NCBI GenBank assembly: GCA_964016885.1
Contig: OZ024748.1
Location: 17,112,001-17,176,000 of the forward strand
Origin: Eledone cirrhosa
Lineage: Eukaryota
DNA: 64,000 nucleotides
Reading direction: 5' to 3'
This document shows, in pieces, positions 14,015 to 27,079 of this stretch. Both the position numbers and the translations under genes were made by a program. Position 1 is the first letter of the stretch, and each line of letters starts with the position of its first letter. The notes below the pieces were generated by a model. That model had not been told where the DNA came from, did no database searches, and worked only from the letters and a program-made list of their open reading frames with translations.

Positions 14015-14089
14015 CTTGTGTGTGTGTGTGTGTGTATATATATACACACATACACGCATGAATACACACACACACACACACACAAACAC

Positions 14090-14352
14090 ATAAAGTGAGT
14101 GGTTGTGTAGGTGTCAACAAAAAACTCCCAGTCCACACTGTAAAGTGGTTGTGTAGGTGCCACAGTAAAAAAAACACCCAGTACTCACTGTAAATGAGGT
14201 TGGTGTTTGGAAGGGCATCTAGCTGTAGAAACCGAGCCAAAATCAGTTCTGTATGAGCAAGACAGGGTCACCTGACCTGGCATTGCCTACAACAGGATAA
14301 CCCGTCTAACCCATGCAAGCATGGAAACATTGACGTAAAACAGTGATGATGA

Positions 14353-14356
<4 letters not shown>
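14090..14356 (+). mobile_element. SINE family C (Meta-like domain plus RTE tail)
   Basis: ggttggtgtt..gaagggcatc.agctgtagaaa, and the tail aacccatgcaagcatggaa...gatgatgat shared with the RTE 3' end at about 14660-14705. Confidence 0.7.
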
Positions 14357-14384
<28 letters not shown>

Positions 14385-14387
<3 letters not shown>

Positions 14388-14467
14388 TGTAATAAACAGC
14401 GTCAGACAATTATTCCATTTACCAAAGGTTTCACAAAGACAGACGAGCTCAACACAGACGTCTGAAA

Positions 14468-14470
<3 letters not shown>
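14385..14470 (-). ncRNA. 3' half of a type I hammerhead motif (family of 26530-26722)
   Basis: Minus strand reads CAGACG..CGTCTG tctttgt GAAAC CTTTG GTA AATGGAATA; the 5' core is lost into a (GA)n tract. Confidence 0.5.
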
Positions 14471-14513
<43 letters not shown>

Positions 14514-14519
14514 ATCCCA

Positions 14520-14705
14520 GTCGACGGAAGCCATAGAAGAGGAGGCCCAAGAAAGACTTAGGCAGAGGTTGTGAGAGCAGACCTCAAATCACTAAAACTG
14601 GCAGAGACGATGATGAAGGAACACGACAAGTGGAAAGATGCCATGCTGAGAAGGACCCGTCCAACCCATGCAAGCATGGAAAAGCAAGTTTAAAAGTGAT
14701 GATTA
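14520..14705 (+). mobile_element. RTE LINE 3' end
   Basis: Encodes RRGGPRKT*AEVVRADL, followed by the aacccatgcaagcatggaaaa tail. Confidence 0.65.
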
Positions 14706-14712
14706 TATATAT

Positions 14713-15050
14713 GGAGGCACATGGCTTAGTGGTTAGAACATTGGCCTTGCAATCGAAAGGTTGTGAGTTCAATTCTCGGACCGGGTGATGTGTTGTTTCC
14801 TTGAGCAAGACACTTTATTTCACATTGCTCCAGTTTACTCAGCTGTAGAAATGAGATGATAGGGACTGGGGTCCCTATTATTCCACTGCAAAGTGGTCAT
14901 GGAGGTGACACAGCAAAAAAGCACCCAGCACTCACTGTAAATGAGGTTGGTGTTAGGAAGGGCATCCAGCTGTAGAAATCAAGCCAGAATCAGTTCCCGT
15001 CCCACCCTTGCAAGCAGGGAAAAGTGGACGTAAAATGAAATGATGATGAT
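14713..15050 (+). mobile_element. Composite SINE B+C (tRNA head, CORE-like domain, Meta-like domain, RTE tail)
   Basis: tggcttagtggtt/gagttcaattc boxes; ccttgagcaagacactt; same layout at 40639-40970 and 27080-27337. Confidence 0.75.
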
Positions 15051-15309
15051 GATTATGATATATGAATGTATGTACAGTATATTTGGCAATATACTGTATG
15101 TTTAATTAAAAATATTTAGAAGACCATTCACTATGAGTTTTAAAGTAGTGACTATGTCACTTACTTATTATGGTTGTCTTCAACATACAAATGTTGCTAC
15201 CTCTGATTTCAAACACTAGATTGTGCAGTTGCATGATACATGCGACACTGTCTTTCAGGCAACCAAAGTTAAAAATATAAATACATTAGTAAAGTGTAAA
15301 GATCAATAT

Positions 15310-15435
15310 TTAATATAGATATTGCTTCTACAGGACTAGAACTGCTTCATTCATGTGAAATCATCAGGAGTGCTTTCCTGATGATTTCACATGAATCAAA
15401 TAGTTCTAGTTCTGTAGAAGCCATTTCTATATTAA
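15310..15435. repeat. Imperfect palindrome with about 60-bp arms and a 6-nt loop
   Basis: attcatgtgaaatcatcagga-gtgctt-tcctgatgatttcacatgaat, with outer arms also pairing; one arm is homologous to about 8790-8855. Confidence 0.85.
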
Positions 15436-15444
15436 TTAAAGATA

Positions 15445-15509
<65 letters not shown>

Positions 15510-15512
<3 letters not shown>

Positions 15513-15662
15513 GGCGCATTGGGCTTGCAATCGAAAGGTTGTGAGTTCAATTCTCGGACCGAGTGATATGTTGTTTCCTTGAGCAAGACACTTTATTTCA
15601 TGTTGCTCCAGTTTACTCACCTGTAGAAATGAGATGATAGGGACTGGGGGGTCCCTATCATT
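15510..15662 (+). mobile_element. SINE B (CORE-like), partial
   Basis: Matches 14713-14880. Confidence 0.75.
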
Positions 15663-16174
15663 AAAATTACCCAAGACACCTCCAATGAGATATACCTTGG
15701 AGGAGGCCAGCTAAACCTGCATAGGTGTGAGCTGTCACACATACACACACACATATATAGAGAGCGAGAGTGAGATTGTAATGTCCAGTTACTGTCCTTA
15801 CCACAACGGAGGTCCAATGAGCGAGGTGTATTGGCAGTACCTGACAACCTCTCTAGTGTTGGTGCCATGACAATAGGTATTTAGTACATTCTGTAAAGTT
15901 GTTGGCATTAGGAAGGGCATCCAGCCATAGAAACTATGCTAAATAAGGAAATGTGTAAACAAGAGGAGGTCTCCCTGACCCATCTAGTCTCAGCTTGTGA
16001 CAACACAAGCCATGCTAGCATAGTAAGCAGTGGTTAAGATGCTGATGATGATGATGATAAAAAGTCTGTTTAAAATGAAAATTAGTTCATTACAATTGTA
16101 GACAATTTATTCATAAATAAAATACAACAAATTCCACAAAGCTTGAAGGATGTTTCATTTAATGATGTTAGAGA

Positions 16175-16494
16175 AATATATATATATATATGTGTGTGTA
16201 AGTATATATATATGTGTGTATGTATATGTATATCTATATATATGTGTGTATGTATGTATGTATATATATATATATATATGTGTATGTATATATATGTGTG
16301 TATGTATATATATATGTGTGTATGTATATATATATATGTGTGTGTGTGGATGTATATATGTGTATGTATATATGTGTATGTATGTATATATATATATATG
16401 TGTATATATATATATATGTGTATATATATATGTGTATATATATATATGTGTGTGTGTGTGTATGTATGTATGTATATATATATGTGTGTATATA

Positions 16495-16582
<88 letters not shown>

Positions 16583-16697
16583 GTGTGTGTGTATGTATAT
16601 ATATGTGTGTGTGTGTGTATATATATGTGTGTATGTATGTGTATGTATATATATGTGTGTATGTATGTGTATATCTATATAAATGCATATATATAAA
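16175..16697. repeat. (TA)/(TG) compound microsatellite
   Basis: Direct reading. Confidence 0.95.
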
Positions 16698-17039
16698 CTA
16701 AACAAAGATATAAAAATGCACACAAATATCAGTTCAAACATTATGAATAAATTTGCATCTCATTAATAGATATATGTTAATTTCACCTTATGTTTGTTTA
16801 AAGTTTGCTCAGTTTAAATGTAGATGTATTCCAAAATTAATGGTAACTATGTTATGTGGAATGTGATGTGAAATGTAGGGCAAGTTGAATATAAGTTGAG
16901 GAGTAGGTGACCCCAAAAAATCGTTGGTAAAATTTGGGGGTTTGGCTTATTCGTATATGCCATCTAAACAATGTGTTGATTAGCAGCCTCAGATTATAAA
17001 CGGGTTTTGGGTTTTTATTTGTTTTTTTGTTTGTTTTTT

Positions 17040-17212
17040 GTTGGTAGAGCATCAGACACCATGATTTGTAGCATAGAGTTATGGCCCTTTGCATTCTATG
17101 TTCAAATCCCGCAAAGGTTAACTTTGCCTTTCATCCTTACAGGGTCAATAAAATAAAGTAGCAGTAATGCACTGGGGTAATTGCTGGCCTTGTGCCAAAG
17201 TAGAAAGAATTA
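17040..17212 (+). mobile_element. SINE family A
   Basis: B-box, core and tail. Confidence 0.8.
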
Positions 17213-17256
17213 TATCAGGGTCAGCTTATATTTGGATCAACTTTTATTCAAGAATA

Positions 17257-17369
17257 TACAGGTTGTCCCCCAAAAATGTATATACATACACTTTAACAGC
17301 ATTCTAATAAATATTGCTTGTACAGGTAATTAAAGTATGTATGTATTTTTTGGGGGGGAACATCCTGTA
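17257..17369. mobile_element. Tc1/mariner-type mini-MITE
   Basis: TA-CAGGTTGTCCCCCAAAAA ... TTTTTTGGGGGGGAACATCCTG-TA; partial second copy at 17726-17815. Confidence 0.65.
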
Positions 17370-17644
17370 TATATATATATAAATATATATAAATGAGAGG
17401 TATAGAGATTGTTTTAGCAAGAAGCTAACGGCATTCTATAACATATATGCGACTATAACGTCAAGATGGGAAAAGTAGTTAACGAAAGATTTAGGAAAAA
17501 TAACTCAAACTCATCTCAAAAGAGAATCGGGATATAAATTCATCCACAGAATTTAGTAAAATACAGGGAAAAATCTATAGACCTTTAACTCATGATAAAA
17601 TAAAGTTTGAAACACTTATCCTTCAATTTGGAATAACATCAAAT

Positions 17645-17725
17645 GCTCTGTATAGTCTTAAAAGACTATTTCATGAAAACTTTCAGTGGAGATGGTCACG
17701 GTTGGATTTCATTCATCAGCAGAGC
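17645..17725 (-). ncRNA. Type I hammerhead ribozyme (canonical core)
   Basis: Minus strand: GCUCUG-CUGAUGA-AUGAAA(28 nt)UUUCAU-GAAA-UAGUCU UUUA AGACU-AUA|CAGAGC. Stems I, II and III all pair; predicted cleavage is between 17651 and 17650. Confidence 0.8.
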
Positions 17726-17819
17726 TACAGGGTTTTCCCCAAAAATATATACACATATACTTCAACAGCATTCTAATAAATATATATACAAGTAATCAAA
17801 GTGTATATATATTTGTTGA

Positions 17820-18130
17820 TGCCTGTGTGCGAAGTGCGATGCTTCTTGGTAGTGAAACATGAGCAGTGACTGCAGAGGACATGCGTAGGTTGGAGAGAAA
17901 TGAAGCAGTCATGCTTCGTTGGATGTGCAATGTAAATGTGAGAGAACGGCTGAGCCTGGTTGAACCGAGGGAGCATCTGGATTTATGAGGAATGAGAAGT
18001 GATGAGCAAAAGGGAAGACTGCATTGGTATGGGCATTTGATGTGCATGGATGACTATCATTGGCTGAACTGCTAGGAAAAAAGTGCATGGAAAAACAGAC
18101 ATAAAACGATGATGACGACAATGATGATGA
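17820..18130 (+). mobile_element. RTE LINE fragment
   Basis: Translates as AMLLGSET*AVTAEDMRRLERNEAVMLRWMCNV ... LHWYGHLMCMDD, with an RTE-type (GAT)n tail. Confidence 0.75.
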
Positions 18131-18221
18131 TTTATATAGTATTGTAATTCATATGAATCATAAGTTAGCTGTGTTTATATATAGAACACTCTTTTGTTGA
18201 TATTCTACACACACGCACACG

Positions 18222-18263
<42 letters not shown>

Positions 18264-19151
18264 CGCATGTGTGCACACTCACACACACACACCTACAAGC
18301 ACACGTGTATGCACACACCTACAAGCACACATGTGTATGCCGACCCTCACACACACCTACAAGCACACATGTGTATGCACACCCTCACACACACCTACAA
18401 GCACACATGTGTCTGCACACCCTCACACACACCTACAAGCACACATGTGTATGCACACCCTCACACACACGCATATATATATAAGAAGCCATATATGAGA
18501 TCCACTAATTCAGACAACATTTCTAAGGTTTTGTAGTAAACAGGTTTAGTTATGGAGGGATAGAATTCTATTATATCACATTGTATGAATTCTATTGTAT
18601 TAAAGTGTCTGAATTTGAAATGATGCTTATACTTGCTTACGGTTCACCTACTTTATTACAGAAACACTATTATATTATAAAAGAAGAAAATAGTATTTTT
18701 GTGTACATGCATGTGTGTACGTACTTGCCAATTGAATCTAGGTTCTAGTTGCTGACTACACCAAAAGTACTTTTAGAGTAGTTAATTAAACTAATTTTGA
18801 GCTTACATTGTGTTTATGATCTTTGAAAGTAATATAGGTTATATTTAAAACAAAATGTTTCACCCTGTTTTCTATTTTAAGGTTAATGATTATATCATTG
18901 TCTTCAACATTTATGGATTATAAATAGCAATTGTAGTTACGACTGTTTTTCATTTATTTGTGTGGTTTTATAATCTTTTTGTCTGCATTAATATGGTTAG
19001 AAAATAATCTATATTCTGTATTGTGTATACATTCTATATAGATATGTTCTAGTCCGATTAAGCAGGAATATTTATAGAATTTTTAAGTTTTCCAGCATGT
19101 TCTTCAAAGAAGTTTGAAATTCTTAATCTAAAACTTAATTTGTTTTGCAGA

Positions 19152-19328
19152 TTAACCCTTTAGCATTTACTTTACTCTATATTTGATAAGTAAAGGCTTT
19201 ATCTTACATAATTATCTCACGTAATATTGAATCTATGAGATTTATTGTTAATTTTGAAAACAATTACTGAACATCAGTATGAGCAGAAAGAGGTGAAAGG
19301 ATTCTGGCCAGATATGATCGGTTTAAAT
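19152..19328 (+). mobile_element. MITE P1, deleted/partial copy
   Basis: Left TIR TTAACCCTTTAGCATTTA and part of the body. Confidence 0.7.
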
Positions 19329-19589
19329 CAGTCATAGGCAATCTGCGGCCCTCAAAGCTTTGTGAATGGTATACCAAGTCACCTAAGTGAAATCTTTCTG
19401 ATTTTTTTTACCCCAATTTTTCAGTAGTAATTTATCTTTCATTTTTACAATCGAGGAAAATGTGTACGAATTCTTAAGAAACAAATTAAAACAACCTGAG
19501 TTACCACCCTTTTTTTTAATGTAGGCATGAATGTAAATTAGTGCTTGTGGCCCGCCTGATGATGTGCCATATCTCATGTGGCCCACTTC

Positions 19590-19902
19590 ACATACATGCA
19601 CTCATATACATGTACTCATATACATGCACTCATATACATGCACTCATACACATGCACTCATACACATGCACTCATACACATGCATGCACTCACATGCATG
19701 CACTCACATGCATGCACTCACATGCATGCACTCACATGCATGCACTCACATAGATGCACTCACATAGATGCACTCACATACATGCACTCACATAACTGCA
19801 CTCATACACATGCACTCACATACATGCACTCACATACATGTACTCACATACATGCACTCGCATACATGCACTCACATACATGCACTCACATACATGCATG
19901 CA
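19590..19902. repeat. 14-bp (tgcactcacataca)-type tandem repeat
   Basis: Direct reading. Confidence 0.9.
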
Positions 19903-20485
19903 CAATATGAAATAAAGGTGATGGTGATGACATACATAATTTAGATAGTGATCATTGACTGGCTGTTTAGATGACAAGTTAGAGCAGTCATCTGGTATCT
20001 GAAAGATGTGAAGTTCAATTCTCCATGGCAACCACTGACCAATTTACTCCATCTAAAAGAGGTCTTTATCGATCTCAACTATTTATAACATTCAACTCTA
20101 TTTAGTTATTTTTCATATCTTAGTTTTCTATATTTTCTATGAACCTCATATATTTGTGTACATGTATGTATGTATATTTGTATGTATGTATGTATATATA
20201 TATATATATATATATGTATATACTAAAAAGTCACACTCGTTCAGCGCATTGGTAGGAGTTCTCCTACATGGATATAAAGTAGTGGCCGTACTCGAAAACG
20301 AGTTGGCAGCCACCATATGTATTTATATGTATATATATATATATGTTTGTGTGTGTGTATATGTATATATATATATGTATATATATGTATGCATATGTAT
20401 ATGTATGTATATATGTATGTATATGCATGTATATGCATGTATGTATATATATGTGTGTATATGTATATATATATATATATATATA

Positions 20486-20724
20486 TCATCATTTTATGTC
20501 CGTTCTTCCACGCTAGCATGGGTTAGACGGGTTATCCTGTTGTGGGCAGTGTCCGGTCAGCTGACCTTGTCTTGCTCATATGGGAACTGATTCTGGCTTC
20601 ATTTCTACAGCTGAGTAAACTGGAGCAATGTGAAACAAAGTGTCTTGCTCAAGGAAACAACACATCACTAGGTCCGAGAATTGAACTCACAACCTTTTGA
20701 TTGCAAGCCCAATGCACTAACCAC

Positions 20725-20727
<3 letters not shown>
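20486..20727 (-). mobile_element. Shortened composite SINE B+C
   Basis: The CORE-like end is fused directly to the post-Meta segment at cagctgtagaaat. Confidence 0.7.
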
Positions 20728-22410
<1,683 letters not shown>

Positions 22411-22411
<1 letters not shown>

Positions 22412-22708
22412 ACGATATTAACAAATGGAAACTATATTTATAAAACAATATTTATTTCATTAAACATATTTCAAGGACATCAAGTTAAATTATGGTGTGC
22501 TTTCATCAGATAAAATATAATATAGAGGAGTTTTATAAATAAATATTGACATACCCTTAAAAAATGCAACCATTACTTATTTATAAAACTGCTCTATATT
22601 ATATTTTATCTGATGAAAGCACACCATAATTTAACTTGATGTCCTTGAAATATGTATAATGAAATAAATATCGTTTTATAAATATAGTTTCCATTTGTTA
22701 ATATCGTA
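22411..22708. repeat. Palindrome (about 132-bp arms, about 35-nt spacer) with a hammerhead motif in each arm
   Basis: Arms are reverse complements with few mismatches; the right arm continues to about 22798 and is homologous to 35700-35850. Confidence 0.9.
22602..22666 (+). ncRNA. Type I hammerhead motif
   Basis: UAUUUUAU-CUGAUGA-AAGcACAcCA...UGAUGUcCUU-GAAA-UAUGU-AUA|AUGAAAUA. Confidence 0.6.
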
Positions 22709-22911
22709 TTTTTACTCCAATTATTTGTTGAGTGCTTTATATCAGTTATAAAAATCTTTGCTTGTTGTATCCCACAAATTTAAATAGAACTTTTACATAT
22801 ATTTATATATATGTATATATATATATATATATGTGTGTCTTATGGTAGCTAAGATGCTTCCATAGGCGGTATGCCGGTTGAGCACTGTGTGCTCTTACAG
22901 AGCAGAGTGTG

Positions 22912-23233
22912 ATAGAATAGAAAAGGAAAAATCAGTGATGCTTCTGAACTCAATTTATTGTGTGTTACAATTGTTTCGCTGGCGGACAGCTCGAGACGCG
23001 ATCATTGTGTGGATCTGTCTGATTCTGGGCCCGCAGGCTCGATGGACACGTCTAATGATTTTGGAGCATATTCATATGCTCCAAAATCATTAGACGTGTC
23101 CGTCGAACCTGCAGGTTCAGAATCAGACAGATCCACACAATGATCGCATCTCGAGTTCTCCGCCAGCGAAACAATTGTAACACACAATAAATTGAGTTCA
23201 GATGCATCACTGATTTTTCGTTTCCTATTCTAT
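22912..23233. repeat. Long palindrome (about 159-bp arms, 4-nt loop TTCA at 23071-23074)
   Basis: About 11 mismatches by manual alignment; produces the mirror ORFs 22958+ and 23002-. Confidence 0.95.
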
Positions 23234-24168
23234 TCTATTCTATATATATATATATATATTAGGGATGTAGCTGGATCAATTGGAGCTGGTTGCTTCTGAT
23301 AGGATACTCTAGAATGTGTATCTAATAACCCTGCACCCACGATTCTCCCAGTAATAAGTGAGAGATGTAGGAGGAGTAGAAGGAAGGGGAGGAGGAGTAG
23401 AAGAAGAGATATTGTCATGTCTAGAATGCCAATAATCAAATGTTCACTGAATCAGATCTAGTTTGAGTCTAAAGAGCACTATCTTTACATGTTCAAGATT
23501 GAGAGAATTTAACTCAAGAATTGATTTAAATTCAGAACTTGAAATCTCCAATTGAAAACATTTTTATTCAATCACACAATATAAAGTAATAAGTACAACT
23601 TGAACATATTATCCATTGAAATCGATTTCAATACATCTTACTATATGGTTTCCATTCATATATCTCTACAAGGCTTTTCATTATCACTAATTTTGACAAA
23701 AGACGTTATCTTTTGTATTTTAAGAGATAATACATTCCAGACACCAATAAGTTGTTGTGGATTTATGAAAGGAAAACTTTACGTTTCATCTGATAAAAAC
23801 AGTTTCCACTTAAACTTAAAATTTATTACTTCTTCGCTGCAAATATTACATACACAGGTCTCCTTCCTATTCCATTCCATCTCTCCATCTCAGTCTTTCT
23901 GTTAGTTGAAATCTCATATATAAAGTTACTGATCTCTCTCTCTCTCTCTCTGTATATATACACACGTTTATATATATATATATACATACACACATCTATA
24001 TATATATATATACACATATCTATCTATCTATATTTATATATATACACATGTCTATAGATATATGTATATATATATACACGTCTATATATATATTTATATA
24101 TATACACATGTCTATAGATATATGTATATATACGTCTATCTATATATATATATATATGTATATATACA

Positions 24169-24326
<158 letters not shown>

Positions 24327-24501
24327 CACACGTCTATCATATATATATATATATATACACACGTCTATCTATATATATATATATATACACACGTCTATCT
24401 CTATATATATATATATATACACACGTCTATCTATATATATATATATATGTATACACACACGTCTATATATGTATATATATATAGACACGTCTCTCCCCCC
24501 C

Positions 24502-24536
<35 letters not shown>

Positions 24537-24923
24537 AGGTTTCCAAAACTTGACTATTGCTCTCTACATCATTCAAATATCAATTAATGTCTCCTCTCCT
24601 TCAACAGTGAAAATTTTGAATTACTGTCTACTTGAACACATTAAAATTTAAACCATAAAAGTATTATCATTATCATTATTATTCAACATAAACAAATACA
24701 ATTTTTCAATGCTAGAATTGGTTCAATGTTTATATATATTATATATATATATATTATATATATTATATATATATATTATATATATATATTATATATATTA
24801 TTATATAATATATATATATAATATATATATATATATAATATATATATATAATATATATATTATATATATATATATATATTATATAATATATATATATAAT
24901 ATATATATTATATATAATATATA

Positions 24924-24952
<29 letters not shown>

Positions 24953-24956
<4 letters not shown>

Positions 24957-25176
24957 GGAAAGAAGTCAGGACCGCAACGGCTGAGCTCCGGCTGTTTCGA
25001 CAACTAGATCAATACTGGTGGCTTAGTTCGGATATAGCTGTTGAAATGGCAGGAGCTCAGTCGTCGGGGTCCTGACTCTTTTCCTATTACCCACTCTACT
25101 ACCCTAAGTATTGAGTACTCTGGTTACTCTGGTGCGTTATGGTCCACCTGGTATCTTACCACATCTTCTTTGTTTT
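24953..25176 (+). mobile_element. TA-embedded fold-back element family F (diverged copy)
   Basis: Inverted arms 24953-25087 plus the tail ttacccactctactaccctaagtattgagtactc...; homologous to 30184, 35444 and 46829. Confidence 0.8.
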
Positions 25177-25419
25177 ATATATATATATATATGATAGTCC
25201 TATACAAGCGAGACACTTTCACCCAACCAATCTTGCCTCAAGTGGGACAACTACCATCTAACCCATGCTAGCGTGGAAGATAGACATTAAACGATGATAG
25301 TATATATATATATATACCATTGTCTAACCCATGCTAGCATGGAAGAATGGACATTAAATGATGATGATTATATATGTATGTATGTATGTGTACATACATA
25401 CATACAGAGTATGCAAAAT

Positions 25420-26093
25420 TTTTCAGTTATTGGTAGTTCCAATAAGAATTCTTCCACATATGAAACCATGGTAAGGAAATCTATTGGATCGTTAAGTATG
25501 AAATTTGTAGACATTTGTTTTTGTTCTACAAATTTCATACTTGACGACCCAATATATATAAGCGAGGTTAAATAGAATATTTTCTTGTCTATCTTGTTTG
25601 TACTCCCATAATCAGTTTGTTTCATTTAATTTTAATATAATATTGCCTCCTGAGAAATTTCTCTAATTGAGATGTTTAAGTATTAGAGACTAATTAACCT
25701 TTAATTAATATTAAACTGCTCTTTAATTTGTTGAGCTGTAACAGACAGTCTTTTGGCTGCTATTTCTAGCGATATTATAAGACTGTCAAATATATTAGGA
25801 AATTTTGATAACGAAACACTACTAGTGTTTTTATTTCACCGTGTTGTCTCAGTAAATGAAACAGTATGTATTATATCTTGTTCAATTTCTTTTAGCTCTT
25901 GAAGAAGTAAACTCTCCTGAAGCATATGTGGATTCTTCAAATATTGGTAGTTTCAATAAGAATTCCTCTCCATATGAAACCATGGTAGGGAGATTTATAT
26001 GTAACCTAGGTTATATAGGATAATTCTTTTGTCTATCTTGTTTGTTCTCCCAGAATTAGAATTTTTCGTCACTTAATTTTAATATATAATATT
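25420..26093 (+). mobile_element. Retrozyme/Penelope-pLTR-like unit bounded by direct repeats carrying hammerhead motifs
   Basis: About 25426-25645 is repeated at about 25941-26093; CATAT-GAAAC-CATG-GTA with GAAAC at 25462 and 25976. Confidence 0.6.
25912..25992 (+). ncRNA. Type I minimal hammerhead motif (A9C variant, palindromic stem III)
   Basis: CUCUC-CUGAAGc-AUAUG...CAUAU-GAAAC-CAUG-GUA|GGGAG. Confidence 0.55.
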
Positions 26094-26159
26094 ATTTTTC
26101 TCATCCACGGGTACAAGCCGAAGCTGAAGCATATAGACAATATGCCTCTACCCCCTCCC

Positions 26160-26450
26160 ACTACAAAGTGGTGGTCATGGAGGTGCCATGGCAAAAAAGC
26201 ACCCAGCCTACACTGTAAAGTGGTCGTGGAGGTGCCATGGAAAAAAAGCACCCAGCACTCACTGTAAATGAAGTTGGTGTTAGGAAGGGCATCCAGCTGT
26301 AGAAATCAAGCCAAAATCAGTTCCCGTATGAGCAAGACAAGGTCAGCCGACCTAACATTGCCCACAACAGGACAACCCGTCTAACCCATGCTAGCGTAGA
26401 AGAATCGACGTAAAACGGGGATAATGATGATAATGATGATGATGATGATG
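26160..26450 (+). mobile_element. SINE family C
   Basis: Meta-like domain plus RTE tail. Confidence 0.75.
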
Positions 26451-26529
26451 ATATGTATGTAAAGGAAAGAAGAATGCTCCATGTATAGTACAGAGCTATT
26501 TAATTATATAATAAAGAACACAATATAAT

Positions 26530-26722
26530 TATTCCATTACACAAGGTTTCACGAAATTAGACAATTCTAACAGAAACGTCTAGTTCGTTTATCAGATGAA
26601 ATATTTATGTTATGGATATAAGATTTGAAATTAAAATCTAATTTCAAATCTTATATCCATAATATAGATATTTCATCTGATGAACAAACGAGACATTTCG
26701 TGAAACCTTGCGTAATGGAATA
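26530..26722. repeat. Head-to-head palindrome with a hammerhead motif in each arm
   Basis: Centre tttgaaatta-aaatc-taatttcaaa; the left arm has about 19 extra bp in stem II. Confidence 0.85.
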
Positions 26723-26723
26723 T
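26668..26723 (+). ncRNA. Type I hammerhead motif
   Basis: AUAUUUCAU-CUGAUGA-ACaAA...UUCGU-GAAAC-CUUGC-GUA|AUGGAAUAU. Confidence 0.65.
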
Positions 26724-27079
26724 GTATATATGAATGCATGTATGTATATTTTGTGAAGGCGTATGGCTGAGTGGGTAGAGAATTGTATTGACAATCGTGA
26801 GGTTGTAATTTTGATTCCCCGACCAGGTGATGTGTTATATCCTTGAGCAAGACACTTTATTTCACATTATTCCTTCTGCCTGGAGTTGTGATCGACAGAT
26901 AGTATTAGCAATTGGAAAGACCAATGGAAAGATTGTTTCCTCAATCTAATTTGATGAGCTCCACCCCACTCGTTAAGCAAATAAGGTCTGGGATCTTGCT
27001 AATCGACTGTCGATGTATTTATATATCTATGTATGTATGTGTGTATGTATATGTATGTATGCATGTGTGTATATATCTC

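Noticed and set aside
22958-23187. Two near-identical 61-aa ORFs on opposite strands
   Set aside because: An artefact of the 22912-23233 palindrome.
23600-23905. 101-aa non-repetitive ORF
   Set aside because: Non-ATG start, no recognisable motif and no splice support.
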